DNA from: Macrostomum lignano
Taxonomy: Eukaryota
Length of the DNA: 64,000 nt
Reading direction: 5' to 3'
Assembly (NCBI GenBank): GCA_002269645.1
Contig: NIVC01003506.1
Location: forward strand, 30,462-94,461
Part shown: piece by piece, positions 13,401-26,600 of the stretch
Layout: the number at the start of each line of letters is the position of its first letter
How positions within the stretch are numbered: the stretch's first letter is position 1
The notes under the pieces: model-generated
Databases searched by the model: none
What the model saw: only the letters and a program-made list of their open reading frames with translations
What the model was told of the DNA's origin: nothing
Program-made: the position numbers and the translations under genes

Positions 13401-13823
13401 AAAATGGCCTGCATTGGCATGCATTTAGAATAGGTATGTAGCCATAATGGCATAGCATGCTATGTTGTGGATTCATAGAATAGCTTGATGGCATAGAATG
13501 TGGTATAGCATAGGCTAATCATAGGACCTAGTGGGGCAGTGACAAGCTTTAGTTGTGGAAATACTTGGATTTAATTTATCCTGTTTGTTTTACTAGAAAA
13601 GAAAAGATAAAAAAGATCCTTTATCATACTACACGGTGCTTCCCACAAGGCAAAAAAGACTAAAAAATGCCAAAGAAACTATTATCTATATTGCACACTA
13701 CAACCTAGAGTGCCTCAGTTGTCTAAAACATACTTTTCTTAAATCTCAAGTGCCCGTCTTGTCATGATATAGCCAATATAACACTTATACTATTTAAAGT
13801 GTCTTAAATTCATTGTACCAAAT

Positions 13824-14607
13824 GGCTCATTCCATATAAGCATGGTCGTAACATGACAGGTTATTTTTACTTATAAAATGAAATCTAATAATAGAGTATA
13901 CTAAACCAATATTTTAAATAAAAGATTATTTTGTCTAGAATATATTTATAGAGTTTCATATAGATATCATCATTAGTATAGATGCTATTAAACCTTAAAT
14001 GACACTTATGGTCGTAACGACAGGATTTTTGACATATAGAAACTAAAAGGTAAAAGTCTTATAACATTTTTCATTTTTGATATTTTGCAATACATTTTTA
14101 AAATTTGACTAAGAACATCTTTAGAAATCATACTCTTTTATTAGAATATATAAACTCAAAAGGCAACAAAGATACAAAAGAAAAGGCAGCCTTATGGTCT
14201 TAACATTATGGTCGTAACATTTTTTTCTGTCAATTCAGTAACTTTGAGGTACTAATACATTAAAAATATAATAGATTATTTGGTCACCAATGCTTTTATC
14301 TGATGATGCAAGTACTATACTTTTATCTATAGTTTGTTTCAACCTTCAAAAGCTTTCTATTTGTTTTTAAAAGGTACAAAATCTTAATGATGTCTTTTGC
14401 TTCGAAAAATGTCCAAATTTTTACAAAAATGACTTTTTGCCAATTGATAACATACTAATCCAACATTTTACCATTCCTTTATTCTTAGATTGTATATATT
14501 GCACAATATAAACATTTGGTAAAAAAATAGGCTAATTAGGCAATGGCAAGCAAAAATATTGACTTTTTTCTATTTTCCAAATATGTCCATTTTATATGGA
14601 ATGAGCC
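13824..14607. mobile_element. Non-autonomous DNA transposon, 784 bp, 16-bp TIR, 4-bp AAAT TSD (Sola-like by TSD)
   Basis: GGCTCATTCCATATAA at 13824 and its reverse complement ending 14607; AAAT on both flanks; internal repeats of ATGGTCGTAAC; no ORF. Confidence 0.8.
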
Positions 14608-14832
14608 AAATGTAGAAATTCAAGTTTAATTGTTTATAAGACAAAGTACAGTCAATAACTTTAAAGTAAGGGAATAGTTGAACTCAACTCACTACCTCAA
14701 ATCATGAAAAATGCCACTGATTTTGCATATTTTGCACATATGCATATCTTATATATAATCATAACTACTCAATAAACTTACAATGATGCTTACTCTAGAC
14801 TTCTTTAAAGTAGTTATTTTATACATGGCAGT

Positions 14833-15107
14833 GGCTAGAGTTCCAGCACCGGAACCCATTTTCTAATGGCTACGGATCCGGCAGTGCCATTATAATATAG
14901 ATGGAACATTATATTTTTCTTTTTACAGTTGGCTGATATTGAGATTTTGTTCTAGATTAAAATTTAAGACGATATGATAAGATTTGGGAGATGCTTCTAA
15001 TATTCAGACTTCTTAAGATATGTTCTTAGCAGTCTTTATATGCTTCTATACAGCACTGCCGGATCCCTAGCTATTAAAAAATGGGTTCCGGTGCCGAAAC
15101 TCTAGCC
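14833..15107. mobile_element. MITE-like element with ~55-bp imperfect TIRs
   Basis: GGCTAGAGTTCCAGCACCGGAACCCATTTT...GGATCCGGCAGTGC mirrored at 15053-15107; TSD not clear. Confidence 0.65.
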
Positions 15108-16006
15108 GTTACCTTTATACATTGCCATTATTTACATCACCAATGTGTACATTGCTGTACTGGCAGCCCATTCTGAAGGTGTTCTGAACCTTCTGACGTC
15201 AGAAACCCACCAGATGCTTGGCAGAACCAGAAAAGACCTGGCACCAGGTCTGAAGAATAAGCTTCTTAAGGTTTGACTCAAAAGTTTGTATTTGTTACAC
15301 TACACTATATATATTTCCATGGTCTCCCTTTTAGTATGAGTGCATGGTCTCCCTTAGAGCTCACAAACGGAACTCTAATAGATGACCCTTTATTTAAATG
15401 TAGAGATATAACAAAGTCAGTTACAAAATCAACACAAAACAATAAAATATGACGAGTTCTGAGTATTAAGTCTTGTTCATAAGTTTATTATCCCACAGAC
15501 AAAATTAGCTTTCACTTTTAAAACGTGTCACCGAATTGTCTAAATTTGTCACCAAAATGTCCTAAATTGTCACCGAAAAGGCTGTCACCAAAATGTCTTG
15601 TCACTGAAAATCTGAAATGTCCAGGGACCCTTTGGCTCCCCAACAGGGGGCGTAGATTGCTAGTGTGGAACTAAAGACAAAGTTGCATAATTGCATTGCA
15701 TTCATTCATATTTTGTTTGCCCACTATACTATACTATAGTAGGCCCTACAGTACAGTACAGTTTGAGTTTCGAATTTTTAATAGCAAATATTAATTGGAT
15801 TATAAATATTTACTGTATGTTTAGATTTAGAAAGTTTAATTTTTTGTTACGAAGAAATTTGAAGTTAAAGAGACTAAAATATTAAAAAGAAAGTTGCAAT
15901 TCTGCCTAAGAAAGAACTGACAAAAAAATATTATTGGCCTAGCCCTGACCCTAGGCCCTAGCCTCGAGAGTCTTGGTTTTTTTTTGCGCAATAGCCGAAA
16001 AGCCTA

Positions 16007-16224
16007 ACTAACTACTGAATTCACCCGCTGTTGGGTTCACCGGATTTTTAACTTTATTTTTAAGGCTTAAAAATATACATAATCAATAGCGCAAGTAAAA
16101 CTAGAGATGCGCTTAGATTTTTGGCTATGCGCGTTGCCCCTGGACATCAGGAGGGCGATTTTTGTTATTTTTTGGGGGGTGAAACCGGCGGCGAACCCAA
16201 CAGCCGGTGAATTCAGTAGTTAGT
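16007..16224. mobile_element. 218-bp MITE with 32-bp TIR and 9-bp TSD (Mutator-like by TSD length)
   Basis: ACTAACTACTGAATTCACC(C/G)GCTGTTGGGTTC at both ends with 1 mismatch; AAAAGCCTA at 15998-16006 and 16225-16233. Confidence 0.85.
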
Positions 16225-18944
16225 AAAAGCCTAAGGGGGGCCCAGACTTTCCGAAAAAACGGAAAACTAAATTAAAAAAAGTTTTTTTAACTTATTTAAG
16301 AAATAAAAAGTAAAACTAAAATAGCTAAAATAAATTAAAGCTATACAGTTTAGTAAAAAATTAGTAGTTTCGACTTATTAGCTTTAAAATTAATAAAATT
16401 TTGCAAGCAGTTAATAAAAATCGTAATATGTATTTTCTATTTCGGCGTATTTCGTGTGCGTTGAAAAATCCGTTGGCGTAGTACCGGGTAAATACGATCT
16501 TTACCCTGTAGGTAGGCTCTCCAGTGAGATTTAAAAATTTTTTTGAAAGTATGATTGTCAAACATGACAGAGGGCATCAACAGTATTCCAAACTGGCTTC
16601 ATTTATGAAAATTAATTGAATAATAAAAAAGTTATGAAGATTTTAGTGACGAGTTTTGTATTCAATTCAATAGATAGGAGAAAATAGTAAAAATACATTT
16701 AAAAAGCAGAACTTTTGTTGCGAAAATTAAAATTTTTGTGTTCAAATGTATTTAAATCAATGATTTTTGGTAAAAAATGTATTGGCTTTGGTGTATTTGA
16801 AAGATAATTTTGTTTTCTATGTAATTAAATTAGAATCAATCTAATTCTAGGGCCTAATATAACTTAAAGTAGCAATTTTTGTCAATTTCTGCTAATGTAT
16901 AGCATAAAAAGATACATTTTTCCTAGGAAAATTTTTAACTTTCCAGTTCCATTCTGTAGTTATGTGGTTTCCATGCCATAATTTTTCTTATTTAGGTTAA
17001 AAACAGTTGGTACTATATTGCAAGTAAAATATTATTGAATAGGCCCAGGCCACCCAGCTCTAATGTTGTCTATAAAAGTTTATTTTAGCATTTTTTTTAA
17101 ATACAGGTTCTAGTGGGGGAAAAATAGGCCTACAGGACCACATTTATAAAGGTACCAATTGTTTTGGTGACAGACATTTCGGTAACAAATAGTCGTTTCG
17201 GTGACAAGTTGCTTTTGTGATAGACACACATTATTTTTGATTAAAAATAAAAAATTTCATGAGTATTGACATTTTAATAGTAAGAGGTGCTTCATAATAT
17301 TAGCTTGTAGTTATTTTGTTAAGATTTATGTTTTGTATTATATTTAAAAAATTTCATCAAAGGATTCATATATTTAAGAAAAGAAATCAAACTAATTATA
17401 TTGTTTTCTTCTTGTGCAGATAGGGATTGCAATCCCGGGATCCCAAATCCCAGGAATGTAGACAGGTTTTGGCCTGACAGGATCCTGGGATTGGAAACTT
17501 TTATGATAAAGTTGGTGATATCCAGGAAATATCAAAATGTTTGTACATGTATTTTAAATACATTGCACAAGTAATATTCACGCGTCGTGATCATGAGTTG
17601 TAATGTGACTCTTGATTCTCAAATTGTGACATGATATAATACAAATTATACAATATTACACAATATATGCGAGTCTCAAACTTGTGTTGTGTTTGTGTAT
17701 TTGACTACTTGTGTTACTTGTATTATGTACATAAAAAAGCATTGAAAAATGACTCATTGACGTCTGCTGGGAGTTCAACGCATTTACTGAAATTAGCCTG
17801 CATATACATGTACTTTTATAGGCTTTGAAAGGAAACAAAAGCATGCCTAACTGCCTTTGGGCATTGAACCTTGAGCCAAAGGCAATTTGTAAAACAAACT
17901 AGAGGTTGGATAAGCAGAAAATTTTGGTTAGGAGTGAAATTTCGGGAGTTGGCCAATCCGGCTGACCAATTTGGCGGCCAACCAAGGAAGTTGCAAATAT
18001 GCCCACCCAAAAAATACCAAAGTAGTAGTACTAAGTAGCTGACGAGGCATTTTGATCTAATAAGACAGTCATAGTTACTCCTGCCGTTTACCCAAAGTTG
18101 CGTTAATTTTGTATTAGTTTTTTTACATGTAAGTCGCATTTTTGGATAAAAACTACGTCGCATTTTTGTTAAAACTAAGTTGCATGGCCATCGGCCGACC
18201 AAATTTTGGAGGTTGCGCATGTATGATTACAAGCCTAAACTAAAGACAAAGTTGGTATACAATGTGCTATTGCTAAAGTGCTTATCATTTTTGCCATTAG
18301 AATCAATAATGAATATGTCTGCCAAATAGACTATGAAAAATAAATTGTATTTTTACCTTTCAATGGAATATCACATGCATTTTGGTAGAAACTTTAAACT
18401 GATATCTTTTTTGGTGATATAATCAACAAATGGTTTTTTGCAAGGTATCATGACAGCATTGGAAAGCTAACCTTGTATTAGAGAAGAATGACAGTGGTGG
18501 ACATAGACTGGTATCTATTAGCAATACAAATGGCATCCTTCATTATTCTCCGTGCCACCAGAGACTTTTGTAACAAGTTTAGAAGTAGTATCTCTTTGTG
18601 TGTAGAGAATCCATTTTCAATTGTTGCATTGCCATAAGACATAACCAGTACCATGGTGATGGCCTTCTAAAAGGCAGTAGAATTTTGGTACTGAAATTTA
18701 GGCTTAATTAACCCTTGCTCACAAAGAGGCTTGCATTGAGTTTGTCTAGCCTTTCAATTCTAGAAGAGAACTGAAGCCATAGCCATTTGACTCTTCATTG
18801 CACTGATTCTTTAGTCCACAAAGGGCCTAAAAACTTGCTATATAGCATCAGCCTCATTAGTAGTGAGGTGGTTGGCTTCAACTAGTTCCAAGAGTAGCAG
18901 TTAAAATCTCTTCTCATATTTGCAAGGCATGTTTGGGCGCAACC

Positions 18945-19482
18945 TAGGGATTCACCTAGGGATTCAACCTAGGGATTCACCTAGGGATTCAACCTAGGGA
19001 TTCAACCTAGGGATTCAACCTAGGGATTCACCTAGGGATTCAACCTAGGGATTCACCTAGGGATTCACCTAGGGATTCAACCTAGGGATTCACCTAGGGA
19101 TTCAGCCTAGGGATTCAACCTAGGGATTCACCTAGGGATTCAACCTAGGGATTCAACCTAGGGATTCAACCTAGGGATTCACCTAGGGATTCAACCTAGG
19201 GATTCACCTAGGGATTCACTAGGGATTCAACCTAGGGATTCAACCTAGGGATTCAACCTAGGGATTCACCTAGGGATTCAACCTAGGGATTCACCTAGGG
19301 ATTCACCTAGGGATTCAACCTAGGGATTCACCTAGGGATTCACCTAGGGATTCAACCTAGGGATTCACCTAGGGATTCAACCTAGGGATTCACCTAGGGA
19401 TTCAACCTAGGGATTCACCTAGGGATTCACCTAGGGATTCAACCTAGGGATTCACCTAGGGATTCAACCTAGGGATTCACCT
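18945..19482. repeat. Two-variant 12/13-bp minisatellite (CTAGGGATTCAC / CTAGGGATTCAAC)
   Basis: Direct reading; lies just upstream of the ANKRD10-like gene. Confidence 0.95.
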
Positions 19483-19640
19483 TCATAATTTACATTGTAA
19501 AAAAGCAGTTTGTTAGTTTATAATAATCGAAATTTGGTCTGATCTCAGTGATAGGCATTATTAAGTATGATAAGTAATGCAATTAAAAGTAAATCACCCA
19601 TAAATCTTGTCGCTTGCCTGCATGTCCGTTAGTCAGCGCC

Positions 19641-22352
19641 ATGGGCGATGGCTGGGAAGCCGCAGCCGAGCTGGAGTTCTCAGCTCAGTTCCCGCTGCAT
19701 GCCGCTTGCAAATCTGGCAGTGTTGAGCTGCTGCGCTCTCGGCTGCAGTCTCACTACCAGCACCTGCTGCTGGAGGACCCCGTGCACCAATGGACTCCGT
19801 CTCACTGGGCCGCATACTGTGGGCATGTAAGAGTTTCGAGAGTTTCCAGTTTGGAAAGTTTCGAGTTTGGAAAGTTTTGAGCTTAGGATGTTTAGAGTTT
19901 AGGAAGTTTAGAGTTTAGGAAGTTTAGAGTTTAGGAAGTTTAGAGTTTAGGAAATTTAGAGTTTAGGAAATTTAGAGTTCAGGAAGTTTACAGTTCAGGA
20001 AGTTTAGAGTTTGGAAAGTTTTGAGCTTCTCTCAATGATGTTTAGAGTTTGGAAAGTTTTGAGCTTAGGATGTTTAGAGTTTGGAAAGTTTTGAGCTTAG
20101 GATGTTTAGAGTTTGGGATGTTTAGAGTTTGGGATGTTTAGAGTTTAGGAAGTTTAGAGTTTAGGAAGTTTAGAGTTTGGAAAGTTTTGAGCTTAGGATG
20201 TTTAGAGTTTGGAAAGTTTTGAGCTTAGGATGTTTAGAGTTTGGAAAGTTTTGAGCTTAGGATGTTTAGAGTTTGGAAAGTTTTGAGCTTAGGATGTTTA
20301 GAGTTTGAAAAGTTTTGAGCTTAGGATGTTTAGAGTTTGGAAAGTTTTGAGCTTAGGATGTTTAGAGTTTGGGAAGTTTTGAGTTCGGGAAGTTTTTGTT
20401 TTAAAAAAAAGAAATTCCGAGCTTTTGCACAATTCCATGTGTCGACTGTAGTTGCAGCTCAAAAGTTTGCATTGCGGCAAGCGGTTGCTATAGTTACCCT
20501 TGTATCTCATCCGGCTTTCAGATGGACTGCCTGACCGTGATCAACCAGGTTGAGTCTTTGTTCGACCACCCGCTGACCCGGTCGCTGCAGACTCCGCTCC
20601 ATCTCGCCTGCTTTGCGGGCCAATTCATGACTGCCAAGTGGCTGCTGCAGCGGGGCGCCGTAATTGGGAAAGAGGTTCGATTTGAGGCCTTGAAGCTGCC
20701 GAATCAATTAACTTTGCCAGTAGGGCTCCTGTGTAATCTCCGTTCCTCAACTGATCAGTAGAATTGCCCTCAATTGAGTCCTACTCAGTCCTACTCAGAG
20801 AATCCCCTCAGAGAATCGCCCTCAGAGAATCGTCTTCAGAGAATGGCCCTCATTGAATCGCCTCAGAGAATCGCCCAATAGAATAGCCTCATTAAATCGC
20901 CCTCATCAAATCACCCTCAATAAATCACCCTCAATAAATCACCATCAATAAATCACCCTCAATAAATCACCCTCATTAAATCGCCCTCATTGAATCGCCT
21001 CAGAGAATCGCCCAATAGAATAGCCTCATCAAATCACCCTCATTAAATCGCCCTCATCAAATCACCCTCATTAAATCGCCCTCATTAAATCGCCCTCATT
21101 AAATCGCCCTCATCAAATCACCCTCATTAAATCGCCCTCATTAAATCGCCCTCATTAAATCGCCCTCATCAAATCACCCTCATTAAATCGCCCTCATTAA
21201 ATCGCCCTCATCAAACCACCCTCATTAAATCGCCCTCATTAAATCGCCCTCATCAAATCACCCTCATCAAATCACCCTAATTAAATCACCCTCATCAAAT
21301 CACCCTCATCAAATCACCCTCATCAAATCACCCTAATTAAATCGCCCTCATCAAATCACCCTCATTAAATCGCCCTCATTAAATCGCCCTCAAAGAATTG
21401 CCTCACTAATTGCCCTGACTAAATACCCTCATTAAATCGCCCTCACTGAGTCGCCATCTTTAGATCCCTAATACACTGTCTCGCTATTTGAGTCAGACAT
21501 TGCACATTTTCGAATGGAATTACTTAATCAGTCCCAATTCTAAATATTCGCACTGGCCGCAGGATTACATGGGCGAAACTCCGCTGCACAAAGCTGCTCG
21601 AAATGGCAGCCTCGATTGCGTTCAACTGCTGCTGTCTCAGGGAGCCAATAGGGGGTGAGTGGCCTGTTCACCAACTGTCTGTTCACAGTGATATTCGCCG
21701 GGTGCACTGTCCATTCACAGGGGATATTCACCGGGTGCAATGTCTATTCACAGGGGATATTCACCGGGTGCGATGTCCATTCACAGGGGATATTCACCGG
21801 GTGCAATGTCCATTCACAGGGGATATTCACCGGGTGCACTGTCTATTCACAGGGGATATTCACCGGGTGCAATGTCCATTCACAGGGGATATTCACCGGG
21901 TGCAATTTCCATCCACAGGGGATATTCACCGGGTGCACTGTCCATTCACAGGGGATATTCACCGGGTGCACAGTCCTCGAAGATGACCCAATCAGCTGAC
22001 CAAGCGTCCACAATGCCCTGCCCGCAGCACTCGAAGCCATAGCGGCCTGACTCCCCTGGACGTCGCCCAGATGCAGCGCCACGAGTCATGCGTCGAAGCG
22101 CTTCAACGAAACTCCTCCAGCAACGAAGCTGCCAGCAGCTGCGAGTCGTTGCTGCTCCCGCCAGGTGTCCAGCAGACTCTAAAGCGTTGCCATGACAACG
22201 GCAGCTTCGATCCTGTAGTTGCTAAGCGACCGCGCTGCTCAGACGAATGGCGATTATTGGAGGCCGAGCAGCAGGCGGAGGCTGGGCCGGCACCGCTGCG
22301 CACCTACCAGCAGGTAGCGAGCTGCTCCATCAGCGGCTGGCACTTCATGTAG
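19641..22352 (+). CDS. ANKRD10: Ankyrin repeat domain-containing protein 10-like (~250 aa, four ankyrin repeats, basic putative NLS)
   Basis: Exons 19641-19826, 20522-20674, 21563-21654, 22028-22352 with compatible phases (0,0,2). Motifs FPLHAAC..G, WTPSHWAAYCGH, QTPLHLACFAG, GETPLHKAARNGSLDC, SGLTPLDVA, LKRC...AKRPR match ANKRD10 as recalled. AATAAA near 22609. Confidence 0.8.
19830..20390. repeat. 16/32-bp intronic minisatellite (TTTAGAGTTTAGGAAG family)
   Basis: Starts immediately after the exon-1 donor. Confidence 0.9.
20790..21420. repeat. 14-bp intronic minisatellite (AAATCGCCCTCATT)
   Basis: Direct reading. Confidence 0.9.
21670..21972. repeat. 33-bp intronic minisatellite (GGGGATATTCACCGGGTGCAATGTCCATTCACA)
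   Basis: Direct reading; fills most of intron 3. Confidence 0.93.
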
Positions 22353-23249
22353 GCTTGTTAGAGTTTTCACTTACCAGCAAAATTTATGCAAGATTGGTCA
22401 GTCCATTGTGACGTGTCCTACTCAAAGTAGTAAGAATGATTTTATTGTTGCCAATCGTGTCGCTGTGTGCGCGCCTTCAATTCCCTGCTGACTGGGTGGG
22501 CAGCTTCTCTTTGTATCTAAGGCTGGTTTTGGCCACAGACACTGGAATAACTAGATGGGCCACTCAGGACATTTGCGTGTAAACTACTTTCAGTTCAGTA
22601 GCAAGTTAAATAAAAGCATTTTAATGTATTTTTAAGTCAAGGATTATTTATTGGCTCCCTCTAACTTTAAGCCATCCAACCGCGCCTTTTTACGCTGCCC
22701 CACCCCAATTTTTATTGCCTCTCTCTCGGAATTCCACTCAAAAGCCGATTTCAGTAGACTGGCTAATGTACATTATTGCTGAACCAATTAGCAAATTGTT
22801 AGCGCCTGCAAGCTTGGGCTTCTGAACTTATCAAAGTAATTTCAGCTGCCTTTATTTAAAAAATAGCTTATGTATTCTTCTTTGCTACTGAACTGACAGT
22901 ATATGTGCCTGAGTGGCCCATCTTATTGTTTTATAGTAAGTATCTGTGGTTTTGGCGAAGTGACTCGCATTTTCAACTATTGATATTGATGTTATTTATT
23001 AGTCTGCAGAGATGTCATATCAGTGGATAGCGCGTGTGGCAGCCAGGTTCAATTTTTCATAACTTGTGCAGCTGTGCCAATATGCAGTCTGGCCTGTGTG
23101 AACCCGTTTATTGTGTGTTCTGTGTTTACCCATGGCTAAATTGAAACTAACACCAAATATTTATAAATCAGTCAACGAGAATTTGACTTTATTAAACCAG
23201 GGGTCGGCTAACTCTGAGAAGCCTCTCTGTCCTCATGTCTGTTTTGAGC

Positions 23250-23690
23250 TCTCTCTCCTCTCCTCTCGCTCTTCTCTCCTCTCTCTCTTTACTCTCCCCT
23301 CCTCTCTCCTCTCCCATCTCTTCTCTTCTCCTCTCTTCTCTCCCCCCTTTACTCTCTTCTCTCTCCTCTCCCCTCTTCTCTCTTATCTCCCCTCTCTCCC
23401 TCTCCTCTATTTTCTTTCCTTTCCTTCTCCTCTCGAATTTCTTCTCCCCTTTTATCTCCTCTTGCTACTCTCTCGCCTTTACTCTCCTCTCTTCTCTCTT
23501 CTCTCTTCTCTCTTATCTTCTCTCCACTCTCTCCTCGTCTCTCCTCTTTCCCTTCTTCTCTCTTCTCTCTTCTCTCTCCTCTCCCCTCTCACCTCCTCAA
23601 TCCTCTCTCCTCTACTCTCCCCTCTCCTCTCTCCCATCGCTCTCCCCTTATCTTGTATATTTTCCCTCATCCCATATGTCGCCTCTGCTC
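23250..23690. repeat. CT-rich polypyrimidine low-complexity tract
   Basis: Direct reading. Confidence 0.9.
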
Positions 23691-23691
23691 T

Positions 23692-26600
23692 CCACTCTCA
23701 TCTGTCATCTTCAATCTCCTATCATTTCCACTCTCATCTGTCATCTTCAATCTCCTATCATTTCCACTCTCATCTGTCATCTTCAATCCCCTATCATTTC
23801 CACTCTCATCTGTCATCTTCAATCCCCTATCATTTCCACTCTCATCTGTCATCTTCAATCCCCTATCATTTCCACTCTCATCTGTCATCTTCAATCCCCT
23901 ATCATTTCCACTCTCATCTGTCATCTTCAATCCCCTATCATTTCCACTCTCATCTGTCATCTTCAATCCCCTATCATTTCCACTCTCATCTGTCATCTTC
24001 AATCCCCTATCATTTCCACTCTCATCTGTCATCTTCAATCCCCTATCATTTCCACTCTCATCTGTCATCTTCAATCCCCTATCATTTCCACTCTCATCTG
24101 TCATCTTCAATCCCCTATCATTTCCACTCTCATCTGTCATCTTCAATCCCCTATCATTTCCACTCTCATCTGTCATCTTCAATCCCCTATCATTTCCACT
24201 CTCATCTGTCATCTTCAATCCCCTATCATTTCCACTCTCATCTGTCATCTTCAATCCCCTATCATTTCCACTCTCATCTGTCATCTTCAATCCCCTATCA
24301 TTTCCACTCTCATCTGTCATCTTCAATCCCCTATCATTTCCACTCTCATCTGTCATCTTCAATCCCCTATCATTTCCACTCTCATCTGTCATCTTCAATC
24401 CCCTATCATTTCCACTCTCATCTGTCATCTTCAATCCCCTATCATTTCCACTCTCATCTGTCATCTTCAATCCCCTATCATTTCCACTCTCATCTGTCAT
24501 CTTCAATCCCCTATCATTTCCACTCTCATCTGTCATCTTCAATCCCCTATCATTTCCACTCTCATCTGTCATCTTCAATCCCCTATCATTTCCACTCTCA
24601 TCTGTCATCTTCAATCCCCTATCATTTCCACTCTCATCTGTCATCTTCAATCCCCTATCATTTCCACTCTCATCTGTCATCTTCAATCCCCTATCATTTC
24701 CACTCTCATCTGTCATCTTCAATCCCCTATCATTTCCACTCTCATCTGTCATCTTCAATCCCCTATCATTTCCACTCTCATCTGTCATCTTCAATCCCCT
24801 ATCATTTCCACTCTCATCTGTCATCTTCAATCCCCTATCATTTCCACTCTCATCTGTCATCTTCAATCCCCTATCATTTCCACTCTCATCTGTCATCTTC
24901 AATCCCCTATCATTTCCACTCTCATCTGTCATCTTCAATCCCCTATCATTTCCACTCTCATCTGTCATCTTCAATCCCCTATCATTTCCACTCTCATCTG
25001 TCATCTTCAATCCCCTATCATTTCCACTCTCATCTGTCATCTTCAATCCCCTATCATTTCCACTCTCATCTGTCATCTTCAATCCCCTATCATTTCCACT
25101 CTCATCTGTCATCTTCAATCCCCTATCATTTCCACTCTCATCTGTCATCTTCAATCCCCTATCATTTCCACTCTCATCTGTCATCTTCAATCCCCTATCA
25201 TTTCCACTCTCATCTGTCATCTTCAATCCCCTATCATTTCCACTCTCATCTGTCATCTTCAATCCCCTATCATTTCCACTCTCATCTGTCATCTTCAATC
25301 CCCTATCATTTCCACTCTCATCTGTCATCTTCAATCCCCTATCATTTCCACTCTCATCTGTCATCTTCAATCCCCTATCATTTCCACTCTCATCTGTCAT
25401 CTTCAATCCCCTATCATTTCCACTCTCATCTGTCATCTTCAATCCCCTATCATTTCCACTCTCATCTGTCATCTTCAATCCCCTATCATTTCCACTCTCA
25501 TCTGTCATCTTCAATCCCCTATCATTTCCACTCTCATCTGTCATCTTCAATCCCCTATCATTTCCACTCTCATCTGTCATCTTCAATCCCCTATCATTTC
25601 CACTCTCATCTGTCATCTTCAATCCCCTATCATTTCCACTCTCATCTGTCATCTTCAATCCCCTATCATTTCCACTCTCATCTGTCATCTTCAATCCCCT
25701 ATCATTTCCACTCTCATCTGTCATCTTCAATCCCCTATCATTTCCACTCTCATCTGTCATCTTCAATCCCCTATCATTTCCACTCTCATCTGTCATCTTC
25801 AATCCCCTATCATTTCCACTCTCATCTGTCATCTTCAATCCCCTATCATTTCCACTCTCATCTGTCATCTTCAATCCCCTATCATTTCCACTCTCATCTG
25901 TCATCTTCAATCCCCTATCATTTCCACTCTCATCTGTCATCTTCAATCCCCTATCATTTCCACTCTCATCTGTCATCTTCAATCCCCTATCATTTCCACT
26001 CTCATCTGTCATCTTCAATCCCCTATCATTTCCACTCTCATCTGTCATCTTCAATCCCCTATCATTTCCACTCTCATCTGTCATCTTCAATCCCCTATCA
26101 TTTCCACTCTCATCTGTCATCTTCAATCCCCTATCATTTCCACTCTCATCTGTCATCTTCAATCCCCTATCATTTCCACTCTCATCTGTCATCTTCAATC
26201 CCCTATCATTTCCACTCTCATCTGTCATCTTCAATCCCCTATCATTTCCACTCTCATCTGTCATCTTCAATCCCCTATCATTTCCACTCTCATCTGTCAT
26301 CTTCAATCCCCTATCATTTCCACTCTCATCTGTCATCTTCAATCCCCTATCATTTCCACTCTCATCTGTCATCTTCAATCCCCTATCATTTCCACTCTCA
26401 TCTGTCATCTTCAATCCCCTATCATTTCCACTCTCATCTGTCATCTTCAATCCCCTATCATTTCCACTCTCATCTGTCATCTTCAATCCCCTATCATTTC
26501 CACTCTCATCTGTCATCTTCAATCCCCTATCATTTCCACTCTCATCTGTCATCTTCAATCCCCTATCATTTCCACTCTCATCTGTCATCTTCAATCCCCT

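Noticed and set aside
17421-17500. GGGATTGCAATCCCGGGATCCC palindrome as a regulatory hairpin
   Set aside because: Looks like a short decayed MITE terminus; no TSD or partner end could be established
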